Origin: an uncultured Alphaproteobacteria bacterium
Lineage (GTDB): Bacteria; Pseudomonadota; Alphaproteobacteria; SP197
Direction of reading: 5' to 3'
DNA length: 64,000 bases
NCBI GenBank assembly: GCA_938048755.1
Contig: CALIUG010000081.1
Coordinates: forward strand, 271 to 64,270
Of the stretch, positions 1-9,459 are shown piece after piece. The position numbers and the translations under genes are program-made. The notes under the pieces are model-generated. The model was given only the letters and a program-made list of their open reading frames with translations. It was not told where the DNA came from and did no database searches. Each line of letters begins with the position of its first letter. Position 1 is the first letter of the stretch.

Positions 1-160
1 CAACCTCGCGCACCGGCAGGCCCGCCTCATTGATCGCCTTGGCGGTGCCACCCGTCGAAATCAGCTCGACCCCATGGTCATGGAGCGCCCGGGCAAACTC
101 GACCAGCCCCGTCTTGTCGGAAACCGAAAGCAGCGCACGTTTGATCTGGACATCGGACAT
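1..160 (-). CDS. purH: Bifunctional AICAR transformylase/IMP cyclohydrolase PurH, 5' part (runs off window start)
   Basis: Manual translation of the minus strand from ATG at 160: [53 protein letters not shown], the canonical PurH N-terminus. Confidence 0.95.
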   Translation of the reverse strand, partial: MSDVQIKRALLSVSDKTGLVEFARALHDHGVELISTGGTAKAINEAGLPVREV

Positions 161-255
161 GGAATCACCGGAGCAGAAAGAGGAGCCGGAGTGATAGCCG
201 ACCAGGGCAAGGGATCAAAGGGTGCGGTGCTGTGGGATGTGGGGAGGGAGTTGCA

Positions 256-771
256 TCAATCGGTACGGCCGTGGAACCCGATCAGGCAAACTTCAAAGAA
301 GGGGCCAGAGTCATCGTCGTACATTGTATTTCGTACCTTCACCAAGGTGCCGTCGGCACCTTTGCTGAACAGATAATCCATGGAATTGGGGGCATCTCCC
401 TGCGTAATACCCTCCGTTTGGGGAACACCATATTCAGCGATCAGATCATCAAGTGCGCCATCGCAAGCTGATGTTGCCCCATCGCCCCAAAGCAAATTGT
501 ACTGAAAAACGACCACCAAGCCTCCGTCATCAAAGAAGTAGTGTGTGGAGGTACCGGGTTCATCATGTTTCCTGACTTCACTCAGGACTACAGCCCACGC
601 TTCACCACGGATTTCACCCGACGCCAGCAATGGGTTGGTCTCCAGCACCACTGGCGTTACCGCTCTGACTTCCTCAGGCGTCATGCCCCATTCGGTGTTC
701 TCCCAACCCGCTTCTGCACCAGAAGCGAGCAGAGTGGCAAAGAGGGCTAGGACACAGCACAAGCGGTGCAT
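256..771 (-). CDS. Hypothetical secreted protein, paralog of 774-1478
   Basis: ATG at 771 gives a signal peptide ending AEA, followed by GWENTEWGMTPEEV. Confidence 0.75.
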   Translation of the reverse strand: MHRLCCVLALFATLLASGAEAGWENTEWGMTPEEVRAVTPVVLETNPLLASGEIRGEAWAVVLSEVRKHDEPGTSTHYFFDDGGLVVVFQYNLLWGDGATSACDGALDDLIAEYGVPQTEGITQGDAPNSMDYLFSKGADGTLVKVRNTMYDDDSGPFFEVCLIGFHGRTD

Positions 772-773
772 TT

Positions 774-1478
774 CTATTCCTTGTCTTCCCAAGCGACGAG
801 ATGCACGACACATCGGTCTTCGACGCCAAATTGCTCAACATCACAATCCATGGGACCCCCGTCGGAGTACATCAGATCGACCAGCCGTTCTGAATGCTCG
901 CCACAATCCTGGCTATCCATCCGCTCCGTAGCGCAGGCTCCAAGTGCCTGGATCGCCGTCTCGAGCTCGGCAGACCTTTGCCAGTCCCGAAGGCAGTCGG
1001 TCTGACCTACGATAGCCAGGCTGCAATTCTCATAAGTCACCCGGCTCTGCGTCTGGGGATGTTGCCAGGTTTCAGCCAGCCTGCAGTGTTCCCGAGGATA
1101 CTGCCCGAAGATGGTGTGGCGTGCCTCTGGCTCTCCCAGGCGATCCTGCCATTGGACAAACAGGATGTCGCAGGCCTGCTGACCATCCCGAGAGGGCATC
1201 AGCGCAACTTCCGTCAGGCGGTCCTGCTCCAGCCTGAAGAGCACAAGCACGTCATGGCCTGATAGGGCGTCGTTCATCACGAGAGAGGGTTCAAAGAAAA
1301 GCTCGATGAAGCCGCTGAATTCTGCCCAATCAGCTTCCCGGGGTTCTCTGGCATCACCACCCGTTGCCGCCATCACCTCTTCACGCGTCATGCCCCAGTC
1401 GGTGTTCTCCCAGCCGGCATACGCGGGGTTTTGGACGACCAGCAGGAGAAGAGCGGCGGTGAAGAACAGGGAGCGCAT
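774..1478 (-). CDS. Hypothetical secreted Cys-rich protein, paralog of 256-771
   Basis: ATG at 1478 gives a signal peptide ending AYA, followed by GWENTDWGMTREEV; Cys-rich C-terminal half. Confidence 0.75.
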   Translation of the reverse strand: MRSLFFTAALLLLVVQNPAYAGWENTDWGMTREEVMAATGGDAREPREADWAEFSGFIELFFEPSLVMNDALSGHDVLVLFRLEQDRLTEVALMPSRDGQQACDILFVQWQDRLGEPEARHTIFGQYPREHCRLAETWQHPQTQSRVTYENCSLAIVGQTDCLRDWQRSAELETAIQALGACATERMDSQDCGEHSERLVDLMYSDGGPMDCDVEQFGVEDRCVVHLVAWEDKE

Positions 1479-1527
1479 GACACAACCGTGCCGTGCCGAC
1501 GGACAGGGGTCAAACACCGCATCCCAC

Positions 1528-1559
1528 AAACAAAAAGGGCCGCTCTGAAGCGGCCCTTT
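1528..1559 (-). terminator. Intrinsic terminator downstream of rho
   Basis: AAAGGGCCGCT-CTGA-AGCGGCCCTTT stem-loop (1534-1559) with a U-tract on the minus strand, just after the rho stop. Confidence 0.85.
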
Positions 1560-1562
1560 CCG

Positions 1563-2885
1563 TTACGTGTTCATCGAGTCGAAGAAGTCGTCGTTGTTCT
1601 TGGTGTGTTTGAGCTTCTCCATCAGGAATTCCATGGCATCGACCGGGCCCATGGGCATCAGGATGCGGCGCAGGACCCACATCTTGGCGAGCTGGCCTTT
1701 GCCGACCAGGAGCTCTTCCTTGCGGGTGCCTGATTTGCCGACATCGATCGCGGGGAAGATGCGCTTGTCGGCGATCTTGCGGTCCATGACGATTTCGGAG
1801 TTACCCGTACCCTTGAACTCTTCGAAGATGACCTCGTCCATGCGGCTGCCGGTATCGATCAGCGCGGTGGCGATGATGGTGAGGCTTCCTCCGCCTTCGA
1901 TGTTGCGGGCGGCACCAAAGAAACGCTTGGGACGCTGCAGGGCGTTGGCGTCGACACCACCGGTCAGCACCTTGCCGGAACTCGGCACCACGGTGTTGTA
2001 GGCGCGCGCCAGACGGGTGATGGAGTCCAGCAGGATTACGACATCGCGCTTCTGCTCGACCAGACGCTTGGCCTTTTCGATCACCATTTCCGAAACCGCG
2101 ACATGGCGCGTGGGCGGCTCGTCGAAGGTCGAGGCAATGACCTCGCCCTTGACCTGGCGCTGCATGTCGGTGACTTCCTCGGGCCGCTCATCGATGAGCA
2201 GGACCAGCAGGTAGACTTCGGGATGGTTGGCTTCGATGGCGTGCGCGATGTTCTGCATCAGCACAGTCTTGCCCGCGCGTGGGGGTGAGGTGAGCAGCGC
2301 GCGCTGGCCCTTGCCCAGGGGAGAGACCAGTTCGATCACGCGGGTCGAGAGATCCTGACGCGTGGGGTCCTGGATTTCCAGATCGAGCTTTTCTTCCGGG
2401 TAGAGCGGGGTGAGGTTGTCGAACGGCACGCGGTGGCGTGTGGATTCGGGATCCTCGAAGTTGATGTGGTTGACCTTCAGCAGGGCGAAGTAACGCTCGT
2501 TTTCCTTCGGGCTGCGGATCTGGCCCTCGACCGTGTCGCCGGTCTTGAGCGCAAAGCGGCGCATCTGGCTGGGGCTGACATAGATGTCATCGGGCCCGGG
2601 CAGGTAATTTGATTCAGGGCTGCGCAGAAAGCCGAAGCCGTCGGGCAGGATTTCCAGAACCCCGCGCCCGAAGATCGGCACGTCCTGTTCGGCCATTTCC
2701 TTGAGGATGGCGAACATCAGGTCCTGCTTGCGCAGCACGCTGGCGCTTTCGATGCCCAGTTCCTCGCCAAAGGCCAGAAGGTCCTCGGGCTTGCGTTCCT
2801 TCAGTTCCTGAAGGCTGAGCGAGTTGTATTCGGAGGCTTTCGCGACGATGGAATCGTCGGTTGTTTCGGATTCGGTAACGGTCAT
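1563..2885 (-). CDS. rho: Transcription termination factor Rho
   Basis: [22 protein letters not shown] Walker [23 protein letters not shown] motifs. Confidence 0.99.
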   Translation of the reverse strand: MTVTESETTDDSIVAKASEYNSLSLQELKERKPEDLLAFGEELGIESASVLRKQDLMFAILKEMAEQDVPIFGRGVLEILPDGFGFLRSPESNYLPGPDDIYVSPSQMRRFALKTGDTVEGQIRSPKENERYFALLKVNHINFEDPESTRHRVPFDNLTPLYPEEKLDLEIQDPTRQDLSTRVIELVSPLGKGQRALLTSPPRAGKTVLMQNIAHAIEANHPEVYLLVLLIDERPEEVTDMQRQVKGEVIASTFDEPPTRHVAVSEMVIEKAKRLVEQKRDVVILLDSITRLARAYNTVVPSSGKVLTGGVDANALQRPKRFFGAARNIEGGGSLTIIATALIDTGSRMDEVIFEEFKGTGNSEIVMDRKIADKRIFPAIDVGKSGTRKEELLVGKGQLAKMWVLRRILMPMGPVDAMEFLMEKLKHTKNNDDFFDSMNT

Positions 2886-3042
2886 GTGGGACCTTGTATG
2901 GGACGACGGGGAGACTTCCCGTGGGTCGTCTGAAGTGAAGAAAGAGTGGGGTTACGCTTGTCGAACCGGCCCGGTGCAGAACGCTTGGGCCCTGGGTCGC
3001 GAACCGGTCTGATGCCGGTTGTTGCGCTTCGTTGGAGCCCTA

Positions 3043-3071
3043 GAAATAAGCGCGGATCGCGCGGGAGTCAA
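3043..3071 (-). promoter_or_regulatory. Putative sigma70 promoter of rho
   Basis: Minus strand TTGACT-N17-TATTTC; a GANTC site overlaps the -35; leader contains a C-rich, G-poor tract (CCCCACTCTTTCTTCACTTC) resembling a rut site. Confidence 0.55.
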
Positions 3072-3107
3072 CGACTTCGAGGTGACGGTGGACGCTGGGG
3101 CAGACGC

Positions 3108-3536
3108 CTACTTGCCGGGTGCCAGCGCGGGGTCATTCTTCAGAATGCACCACAGGCCCACCGCTGCGGGCCAGGCGGCCCAGAGACCCCAGGGCACGAA
3201 AAGCGTCACCGTGCCCGAGAGGCTGGCCGCCGTGAAACTCATGTCGTTGCCCGCGATATCGCCGATCAGGTGCACGAAGACGACCATCAACAGCGCCATG
3301 ACAAGCGCGACCAGGAACGATGCCGCCAGGAAGGCCCGCAGCATGGAAAGCCCGCTCTTTTCCAGAAACGCCAGGCCCAGCTTCAGCGTGAATATTGCCC
3401 CCATGAACGGCAGCAGCAGCGGAAAGGCAAACATCAGGGACTGGATCGAATAGGGCCAGACCATCATGTAGGCGATGAGCGAGAAGAGGCCGCCCAGCAT
3501 AACAGCCTTGGACCAGAGTTGCGGGGTTGGTTTCAT
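3108..3536 (-). CDS. Hypothetical multi-TM membrane protein
   Basis: 142 aa with about four hydrophobic segments; ATG overlaps the hemJ stop (TGATG). Confidence 0.7.
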   Translation of the reverse strand: MKPTPQLWSKAVMLGGLFSLIAYMMVWPYSIQSLMFAFPLLLPFMGAIFTLKLGLAFLEKSGLSMLRAFLAASFLVALVMALLMVVFVHLIGDIAGNDMSFTAASLSGTVTLFVPWGLWAAWPAAVGLWCILKNDPALAPGK

Positions 3537-3985
3537 CAGAACGGCTTTACCACGACCATGATGACGATGACGACCATCAGCACCGCGGGCACCTCGTTCA
3601 CGAACTTGTAGAAACGCGCCGATCGGGTGTTGCGGTCCTCGGCAAAGGCGCGGCGCCAGCGTGACAGCTCACCATGAAGGCCCACCATCACGATGACCGC
3701 GACCAGCTTCACATACCACCAGCCCTCGCTCCAGATGCCCATGCCGCGGTCGAAAAACAGCAGGCCACCCAGCACGAAGACCAGGATCATGGCGGGGTTG
3801 ATAATGCCGCGCAGCAGGCGCCGTTCCATCACCTTGAAGGTTTCCGACTGCACCGATCCGATTTCGGCATCGACGTGATAGGCAAAGAGCCGCGGCAGAT
3901 AGAGCATGCCCGCCATCCAGGCGATCACAGCAATGATGTGGAATGCCTTGATCCAGATATAGGCGCCGCCCAGAAACCCTTCCAT
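3536..3985 (-). CDS. hemJ: Protoporphyrinogen oxidase HemJ
   Basis: WIKAFHIIAVIAWMAGMLYLPRLFAYH, MERRL, NEVP, KPF C-terminus; hemE-hemH-hemJ context. Confidence 0.95.
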   Translation of the reverse strand: MEGFLGGAYIWIKAFHIIAVIAWMAGMLYLPRLFAYHVDAEIGSVQSETFKVMERRLLRGIINPAMILVFVLGGLLFFDRGMGIWSEGWWYVKLVAVIVMVGLHGELSRWRRAFAEDRNTRSARFYKFVNEVPAVLMVVIVIMVVVKPF

Positions 3986-3987
3986 GG

Positions 3988-5019
3988 TCAGGCCTCCATG
4001 CAGGGACACTTGCCCCAGGCACCGGGGCACAGCCGTCGGCCGGTATCGGGTCCAAGATCAGGGGCACCCGGCTCCAGGGTGGTGCGCACAATGCCGGCAA
4101 GGCCTTCGATGAAAGCCTCTTCGACACCCAGTGCCGGAACCCGCAGATAGGGCGCACAGCCGTTCTTGCCGGCCATTTCGGCATATTCGATATCAAGCTC
4201 GACCAGGGTTTCGGAATGTTCCGAGACAAAGGCGATCGGCACCACGACAGCACCCTTGCCCTCCTTGCCCGCGCGTTTGATTTCATCATCGGTTGAGGGA
4301 CCGATCCAGGTCAGCGGCCCCACGCGTGACTGGTAACAGACCTGCCAGTCCAGATCGGGTCTGGCCAGTTTTGCGACCACCGCCGCGGCGGTCTGTTCGA
4401 TCTGCCACTGATAGGGATCGCCTGCCTTGACGATCTTTTCGGGCAGGCCGTGGGCCGAGAAGAGGACCCGAACCGGCTGATCGCCCGCCTTGTCGAGGGT
4501 ACGATCGAGCAGGGCGGCATGGGCAGCAATCAGGCCCTCATGCATGGGATAACAGCACACCGCTTTGGTCGGGGCCTTGATCCCGGCCTTTTCTGCGGCA
4601 CGGTGCCATGCCTGCATCGACGAGCCCGTCGTGGTGGTCGAGAATTGCGGATAGAGCGGCAGCAGGATCACGCGATTGGGTGCAAAGGCAGCGACCTCCA
4701 TCGCCGTGTCCTGGGCCATGGGATGCCAGTAACGCATGGAGATGAAGACCCGGGTTTCCTCATCATCCAGGGCCGCTTCCAGCTTGGCTGCCTGGGCACG
4801 GGTTTCTTCCAGCAGCGGGGACTTGCCGCCGATCAGCGCATAGATCTTGCGGGCTTCCTTCTGGCGTTTGTTGGAAATGACCGACGCCAGGAGCGGGCGC
4901 AGCGGCCAGGGCAGGCCGATGATTGCGGGATCGTTGAAGAGGTTGTTGAGAAAGGGCTGGATCGCATCAGGCGAATCGGGACCACCCAGATTGAAGAGCA
5001 CCACGGCCGTGCGCGTCAT
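3988..5019 (-). CDS. hemH: Ferrochelatase
   Basis: LFNLGGP, SMRYWHP, PLYPQFS, LFSAHGLP, YQSRVGP, FVSEHSETLVELD. Confidence 0.98.
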   Translation of the reverse strand: MTRTAVVLFNLGGPDSPDAIQPFLNNLFNDPAIIGLPWPLRPLLASVISNKRQKEARKIYALIGGKSPLLEETRAQAAKLEAALDDEETRVFISMRYWHPMAQDTAMEVAAFAPNRVILLPLYPQFSTTTTGSSMQAWHRAAEKAGIKAPTKAVCCYPMHEGLIAAHAALLDRTLDKAGDQPVRVLFSAHGLPEKIVKAGDPYQWQIEQTAAAVVAKLARPDLDWQVCYQSRVGPLTWIGPSTDDEIKRAGKEGKGAVVVPIAFVSEHSETLVELDIEYAEMAGKNGCAPYLRVPALGVEEAFIEGLAGIVRTTLEPGAPDLGPDTGRRLCPGAWGKCPCMEA

Positions 5020-6086
5020 GACGGCATCTCCCGATGATGACCGCGCACCGTCGCCACCAGTTCAGCGACGTGGTCGGGCGGGGTTTCCTTGATCACGCCG
5101 TGACCCAGGTTGAAGACATGGGGACCCTCGCCTGCGGCATCGAGAATGGCCCTTGCTCCCGCACGCAAGGCATCGCCACCAGCCAGCAACAGCTCGGGAT
5201 CCAGATTGCCCTGGATGGGCCCGCCACGTTGCAAATCCGCCATGGCTGGCAGCGAAACACCCTGATCAATCTGGAGAACATCAATGCCCGTCTCGGCGCG
5301 ATAACGCGCGTAGGCATCACCGGCACCGCGGGGAAACCCGATGAAGGGAATGCCCGGCCGTGCAGCATGGACCTCGGCCACGATCTGGCGCGCGGGCCCA
5401 ATGGACCAGCGATCGAAGGCAAAACCGTTCAGCAGACCTGCCCAGCTGTCGAAAAGCTGCACAGCCTGGGCACCGGCATCGATCTCGCCGATCAGCAGCG
5501 CAGCGACAGAACGCGAGAGCACATCGAGCAGACGATCCAGCAGATCGGGATCGTCACGCATCAGGTCCCGTGTCCGGGGAAAGTCTCCGCCACCGCGCCC
5601 GTCGATCATGTAGGCGGCAAGGGTGAAGGGCGCACCGGCAAATCCGATCAGCGCGGTGTCGGGATCAAGCGCAGCACGCACCCTGCCAAGCGTATCCATC
5701 AACGGCTGGTTGCCTGGAACCACGCATTCGGGATCAAGCGATGCAACGTCCCCGGCGCCCTCAAGCGGATCGAGGAGCGGACCTTCGCCCTCGGCAAAGC
5801 GCAGATTGCGGCCCATGGCATCGGGGATGATCAGGATATCGGAGAACACGATGGCAGCATCAAACGCAAAGCGCCGGATCGGCTGCAGGGTGATCTCGGT
5901 TGCGATCTCTGGCGTGTTGGCACAGGTCAGGAAGTCGCCGGCCTCCTCACGCAGGGCACGGTATTCCGGCAGGTACCGGCCGGCCTGGCGCATCAGCCAG
6001 ATCGGTACGGGGTCCATGCGTTGACCGCCCAGAGCCTTGATCAGGCGTGGGGTCACGGGGGTTGGGAGAGGCGATGATGTGTTCAC
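5016..6086 (-). CDS. hemE: Uroporphyrinogen decarboxylase (start uncertain; GTG 6086 chosen)
   Basis: PIWLMRQAGRYLPEY, FSDIL, IGFAGAPFTLAAY, QLFDSW, IQGNLDP, FNLGHG. Confidence 0.97.
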   Translation of the reverse strand: MNTSSPLPTPVTPRLIKALGGQRMDPVPIWLMRQAGRYLPEYRALREEAGDFLTCANTPEIATEITLQPIRRFAFDAAIVFSDILIIPDAMGRNLRFAEGEGPLLDPLEGAGDVASLDPECVVPGNQPLMDTLGRVRAALDPDTALIGFAGAPFTLAAYMIDGRGGGDFPRTRDLMRDDPDLLDRLLDVLSRSVAALLIGEIDAGAQAVQLFDSWAGLLNGFAFDRWSIGPARQIVAEVHAARPGIPFIGFPRGAGDAYARYRAETGIDVLQIDQGVSLPAMADLQRGGPIQGNLDPELLLAGGDALRAGARAILDAAGEGPHVFNLGHGVIKETPPDHVAELVATVRGHHREMPS

Positions 6087-6099
6087 GAAGTGGGGACTT

Positions 6100-6470
6100 A
6101 CACCCTTCCCCCCTTCAATAAAAGAAGGTCTAAAAGGTTGTGGTAGTAGTGAATCCCTGTCCATGTCTTGGATAGCTGTTTGTGGCGTGAGTCACCGACA
6201 GGGTTGTGGACCCTGAGGAAGGCGCTGACATAGTGGTGTGCGGGAATCAGGGACAACACGGATTCTCCGCCGAGTCGCCTTGTGGGAAATCTTGTGGATC
6301 GCTTGTGAAAGGCCTCCATCGATTCACATCCCGTGCGTTACCTTCCACAGGGCGCGTTTGGCGATGTTCCCCATGGGGACAAAAGCGGTCTGAAACTCGC
6401 ATGATGTGGATGGGGGTTGCGCGTCTGTGCAATACCGGCGACTTATCCCCGATGATCCACGATACGCCCA
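6100..6470. other. Candidate chromosomal replication origin oriC
   Basis: hemE/PSRP intergenic site (the known origin position in Caulobacter and Rhizobiales); DnaA-box-like TGTGGATCG 6293, CCTTCCACA 6341, TGTGGATGG 6405, TTATCCCCG 6443, TGATCCACG 6453; six GANTC sites 6151-6325; AT-richer segment ~6115-6150; parABS nearby. Confidence 0.85.
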
Positions 6471-6477
6471 CAAGCCC

Positions 6478-7296
6478 ATGACGGACTTTCACTTCCATCT
6501 GGTGTCGGATGCCACCGGCGAGACGATTCTTTCGGTCGCCCATGCCGCCGTGGCGCAGTTCGAGGATGTCGAGGCTGTGGAACATGTCTGGGCCCTTATA
6601 CGCTCGACGCGCCAGATGGATCGCGTGCTTGCCGCCATCGAGGCCAATCCCGGTGTGGTGATCTATACGTTGGTCGACCAGGCAAGGCGTGATCAGCTCA
6701 CCCTTGGCTGCCAGAAGCTCAGCGTTCCCTGCGTGCCTGTGCTCGATCCCGTCCTGGGCGTGCTCTCGACCTATCTTGGGCAGCCGGTGAAGGGCCTGCC
6801 CGGCGAACAGCACACCCTTGATGCCGACTACTTTGCCCGGGTCGATGCCATCCAGTTCGTCCTGCGTCATGATGACGGCCAGTCGCCCTATGATATCGAT
6901 GAAGCCGATGTCATCGTTGTGGGTGTCTCGCGTACCTCCAAGACCCCGACCTGTTTCTATCTTGCCAACCGGGGTCTGAAAGCCGCCAACGTGCCGATCG
7001 TGCCCAGCGTGCCCGTGCCTGACGAATTGCTGAGGGCCAAACGTCCGCTTGTCGTCGCCCTGATCCAGAGTGCGGATCGGCTGGTCCAGGTGCGCAAGAA
7101 CCGCATGACCATGCTGAAGCAGGAAGGCGAGAGCGATTATGTCGAACCCGCTGCCGTGCGCCGGGAACTGGCCTATGCCCGCAAACTCTATGAAGAGAAC
7201 GACTGGCCCGTCATCGATGTGACACGCCGATCCATCGAAGAAACGGCGGCCGCCATCCTGCAACTCTATCAGGAACGCTTCGGGGCCCTGCCGTGA
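6478..7296 (+). CDS. PEP synthase/pyruvate phosphate dikinase regulatory kinase-pyrophosphorylase (PSRP/DUF299)
   Basis: HLVSDATGET, HDDG, VGVSRTSKTP, IDVTRRSIEETAA. Confidence 0.95.
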   Translation: MTDFHFHLVSDATGETILSVAHAAVAQFEDVEAVEHVWALIRSTRQMDRVLAAIEANPGVVIYTLVDQARRDQLTLGCQKLSVPCVPVLDPVLGVLSTYLGQPVKGLPGEQHTLDADYFARVDAIQFVLRHDDGQSPYDIDEADVIVVGVSRTSKTPTCFYLANRGLKAANVPIVPSVPVPDELLRAKRPLVVALIQSADRLVQVRKNRMTMLKQEGESDYVEPAAVRRELAYARKLYEENDWPVIDVTRRSIEETAAAILQLYQERFGALP

Positions 7297-7904
7297 TGCC
7301 TGCTGACCGCACCCCTCTCATCCTGGCATCGGCCAGTGCCGGTCGCCGGGCCATGCTGGAGAATGCCGGTGTGGTGTTTGACGTGGAAGCCGCCAGCATC
7401 GATGAGGATGCCGTCAAGCAGTCCCTGGGAGCAGAGGGTGCGAGCGTCGAACGGGCCGCCGAGACCCTTGCCGAAATTAAAGCCCGGCGTATCAGTGCGC
7501 GCCATCCAGGCATCCTCGTGCTGGGTTCGGATTCGATGCTGGAATGCGAGGGCCGCTGGTTCGACAAGGCGACCTCCATGGAGGAAGCCCGTGAACATCT
7601 CCAGGCCATGCGCGGAAGGACCCACCGGCTGGTGACCTCGGCCGTGCTGGTGCGCGACGAGGGGCGGATCTGGCATCACACGGCTGTGGCCTCGATGACC
7701 ATGCGAAACTTTTCGGATGCCTGGCTTGATGCCTATCTGGCCGAGATCGGCGAAGCGGCCTGTGCCAGTGTAGGCTGTTACCAGGTCGAGGGACGGGGCC
7801 TGCAGCTCTTTGCCCGGATAGACGGTGACTTCTTTGCCATTGTCGGTCTGCCCATGGTGCAGGTGCTCGATCAGTTGCGGACACAGGGAGTGCTGGCGAC
7901 ATGA
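7296..7904 (+). CDS. maf: Maf-family nucleoside triphosphate pyrophosphatase
   Basis: LILASAS..R, IDE, LGSD, SVGCYQVEG.G.QLF, IVGLP. Confidence 0.93.
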   Translation: MPADRTPLILASASAGRRAMLENAGVVFDVEAASIDEDAVKQSLGAEGASVERAAETLAEIKARRISARHPGILVLGSDSMLECEGRWFDKATSMEEAREHLQAMRGRTHRLVTSAVLVRDEGRIWHHTAVASMTMRNFSDAWLDAYLAEIGEAACASVGCYQVEGRGLQLFARIDGDFFAIVGLPMVQVLDQLRTQGVLAT

Positions 7905-8740
7905 TCCATTCGGGAAAGACCATGCTGGCCGGTGTCATGGGCTGGCCGGTTGCCCATTCGCGCTCCCCGCGCCTGCACGGGTTCTGGCTTGAGTCCTATC
8001 GCATCGATGGTGCCTATGTGCCGCTTGCCGTCCCGCCGGGAGGTTTCGAGCGCGCCCTGCGCGCGCTGCCCGATCTGGGCTTTCGCGGGGCCAACGTCAC
8101 CCTGCCGCACAAGGAAGCAGCCCTGGCCCTGGCCGATGAGGCCGACGACATCGCCCGGCGTATCGGTGCGGCCAACACCATCATCGTGCGTGATGACGGC
8201 AGCCTTTCTGCCACCAACACCGATGCCTTCGGCTTCATGGAAAACCTGGAACAACGCGCTCCGGGCTGGCCGTCGGGCCGCGATGCCGTGTTGCTGGGTG
8301 CTGGCGGTGCCAGTCGTGCCGTGATCGTTGCGTTGCTGGAAGCAGGCGTGCCCGGCATCCGGCTGGCCAACCGCACCGCCGAACGTGCCCGGGCGCTGGC
8401 TGACGAATTCGGTCCTGCCGTGGAACTGGTCGCCTGGGAGGAACGCAGCGACGCCCTTGAAGGTGCGGGCCTGCTGGTCAACAGCACCCAGCTTGGCATG
8501 ACAGGCCAGCCCGTGCTGGAGATCGCGCTCGACTCCCTGGCCGAAGACGCCGTGGTCTACGACCTCGTCTATGCTCCGCTCGAAACCGGTCTCCTGGCCG
8601 AGGCCGGCCGGCACCATCTGCGCACGGTCGATGGCCTGGGCATGCTGCTCCATCAGGCGCGCCCCGGCTTTGCCGCTTGGTACGGCCGCGAGCCCGAAGT
8701 CAACGGCGCGCTCTACGCCTATGTCGCCGAAGACCTCTGA
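7901..8740 (+). CDS. aroE: Shikimate dehydrogenase
   Basis: PVAHSRSP, GANVTLPHK, IGAANT, NTD, LGAGGA, DGLGMLLHQA. Confidence 0.97.
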   Translation: MIHSGKTMLAGVMGWPVAHSRSPRLHGFWLESYRIDGAYVPLAVPPGGFERALRALPDLGFRGANVTLPHKEAALALADEADDIARRIGAANTIIVRDDGSLSATNTDAFGFMENLEQRAPGWPSGRDAVLLGAGGASRAVIVALLEAGVPGIRLANRTAERARALADEFGPAVELVAWEERSDALEGAGLLVNSTQLGMTGQPVLEIALDSLAEDAVVYDLVYAPLETGLLAEAGRHHLRTVDGLGMLLHQARPGFAAWYGREPEVNGALYAYVAEDL

Positions 8741-8746
8741 AGGCCA

Positions 8747-9376
8747 GTGATGGTTGTTCTTGGTCTCACAGGCTCCATCGGTATGGGCAAATCGACCGTG
8801 GCGTCGATGTTCGCGAGGCACGGTGCCCTGGTCCATGACGCCGATGCTGTGGTGCACCGGCTTTATGGTCCCGGCGGCGCGGCGGTTGCGGTGAGTGCCG
8901 ACCTGGTGCCCGATGCCGTTGTGGGATCAGGCCGTGATGCCCATGTCGATCGTGGTCGTCTGGGCAAGGCCGTGCTGGGCGATGCCGATGCGATGCGGGC
9001 GCTGGAAGCCGGTGTGCATCCCCTGGTTGGTGCTGAGCGTGATCGCTTCCTGCGACAGGCCTGCCGCCGTGGTGTTGATTTGGTCGTGATGGATGTGCCG
9101 CTCCTCTATGAGACCGGCGGCGAAAAACGTGTCGATGCGGTCTGTGTGGTTTCCGCGCCGGACTTCATCCAGGCCCGCCGTGTTCTGGCCCGGCCCGGGA
9201 TGACGGCTGAGAAGCTCGGACAGATCCGCGCCCGGCAGATGCCCGACAGCGAGAAACGCCGGCGCGCCGACTTCGTGATCTCCACCGGACTCTCGAAAGG
9301 GCTGACCTGGCGCTGTGTGGGGTCGGTGGTACGGGAGCTCAGAGACTGCCACGGCCACATCTGGCCGCCGCGTTAG
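8747..9376 (+). CDS. coaE: Dephospho-CoA kinase
   Basis: GLTGSIGMGKST, DAD, HPLV, DVPLLYE, RQMPD. Confidence 0.96.
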   Translation: MMVVLGLTGSIGMGKSTVASMFARHGALVHDADAVVHRLYGPGGAAVAVSADLVPDAVVGSGRDAHVDRGRLGKAVLGDADAMRALEAGVHPLVGAERDRFLRQACRRGVDLVVMDVPLLYETGGEKRVDAVCVVSAPDFIQARRVLARPGMTAEKLGQIRARQMPDSEKRRRADFVISTGLSKGLTWRCVGSVVRELRDCHGHIWPPR

Positions 9377-9459
9377 TCATGCACAACCCGGTGCTCCGGT
9401 CCTGTCGCGATCAGCCGGACAAGGGTGTAGGATGACACCAGCCAACCAGACAGTGATCC

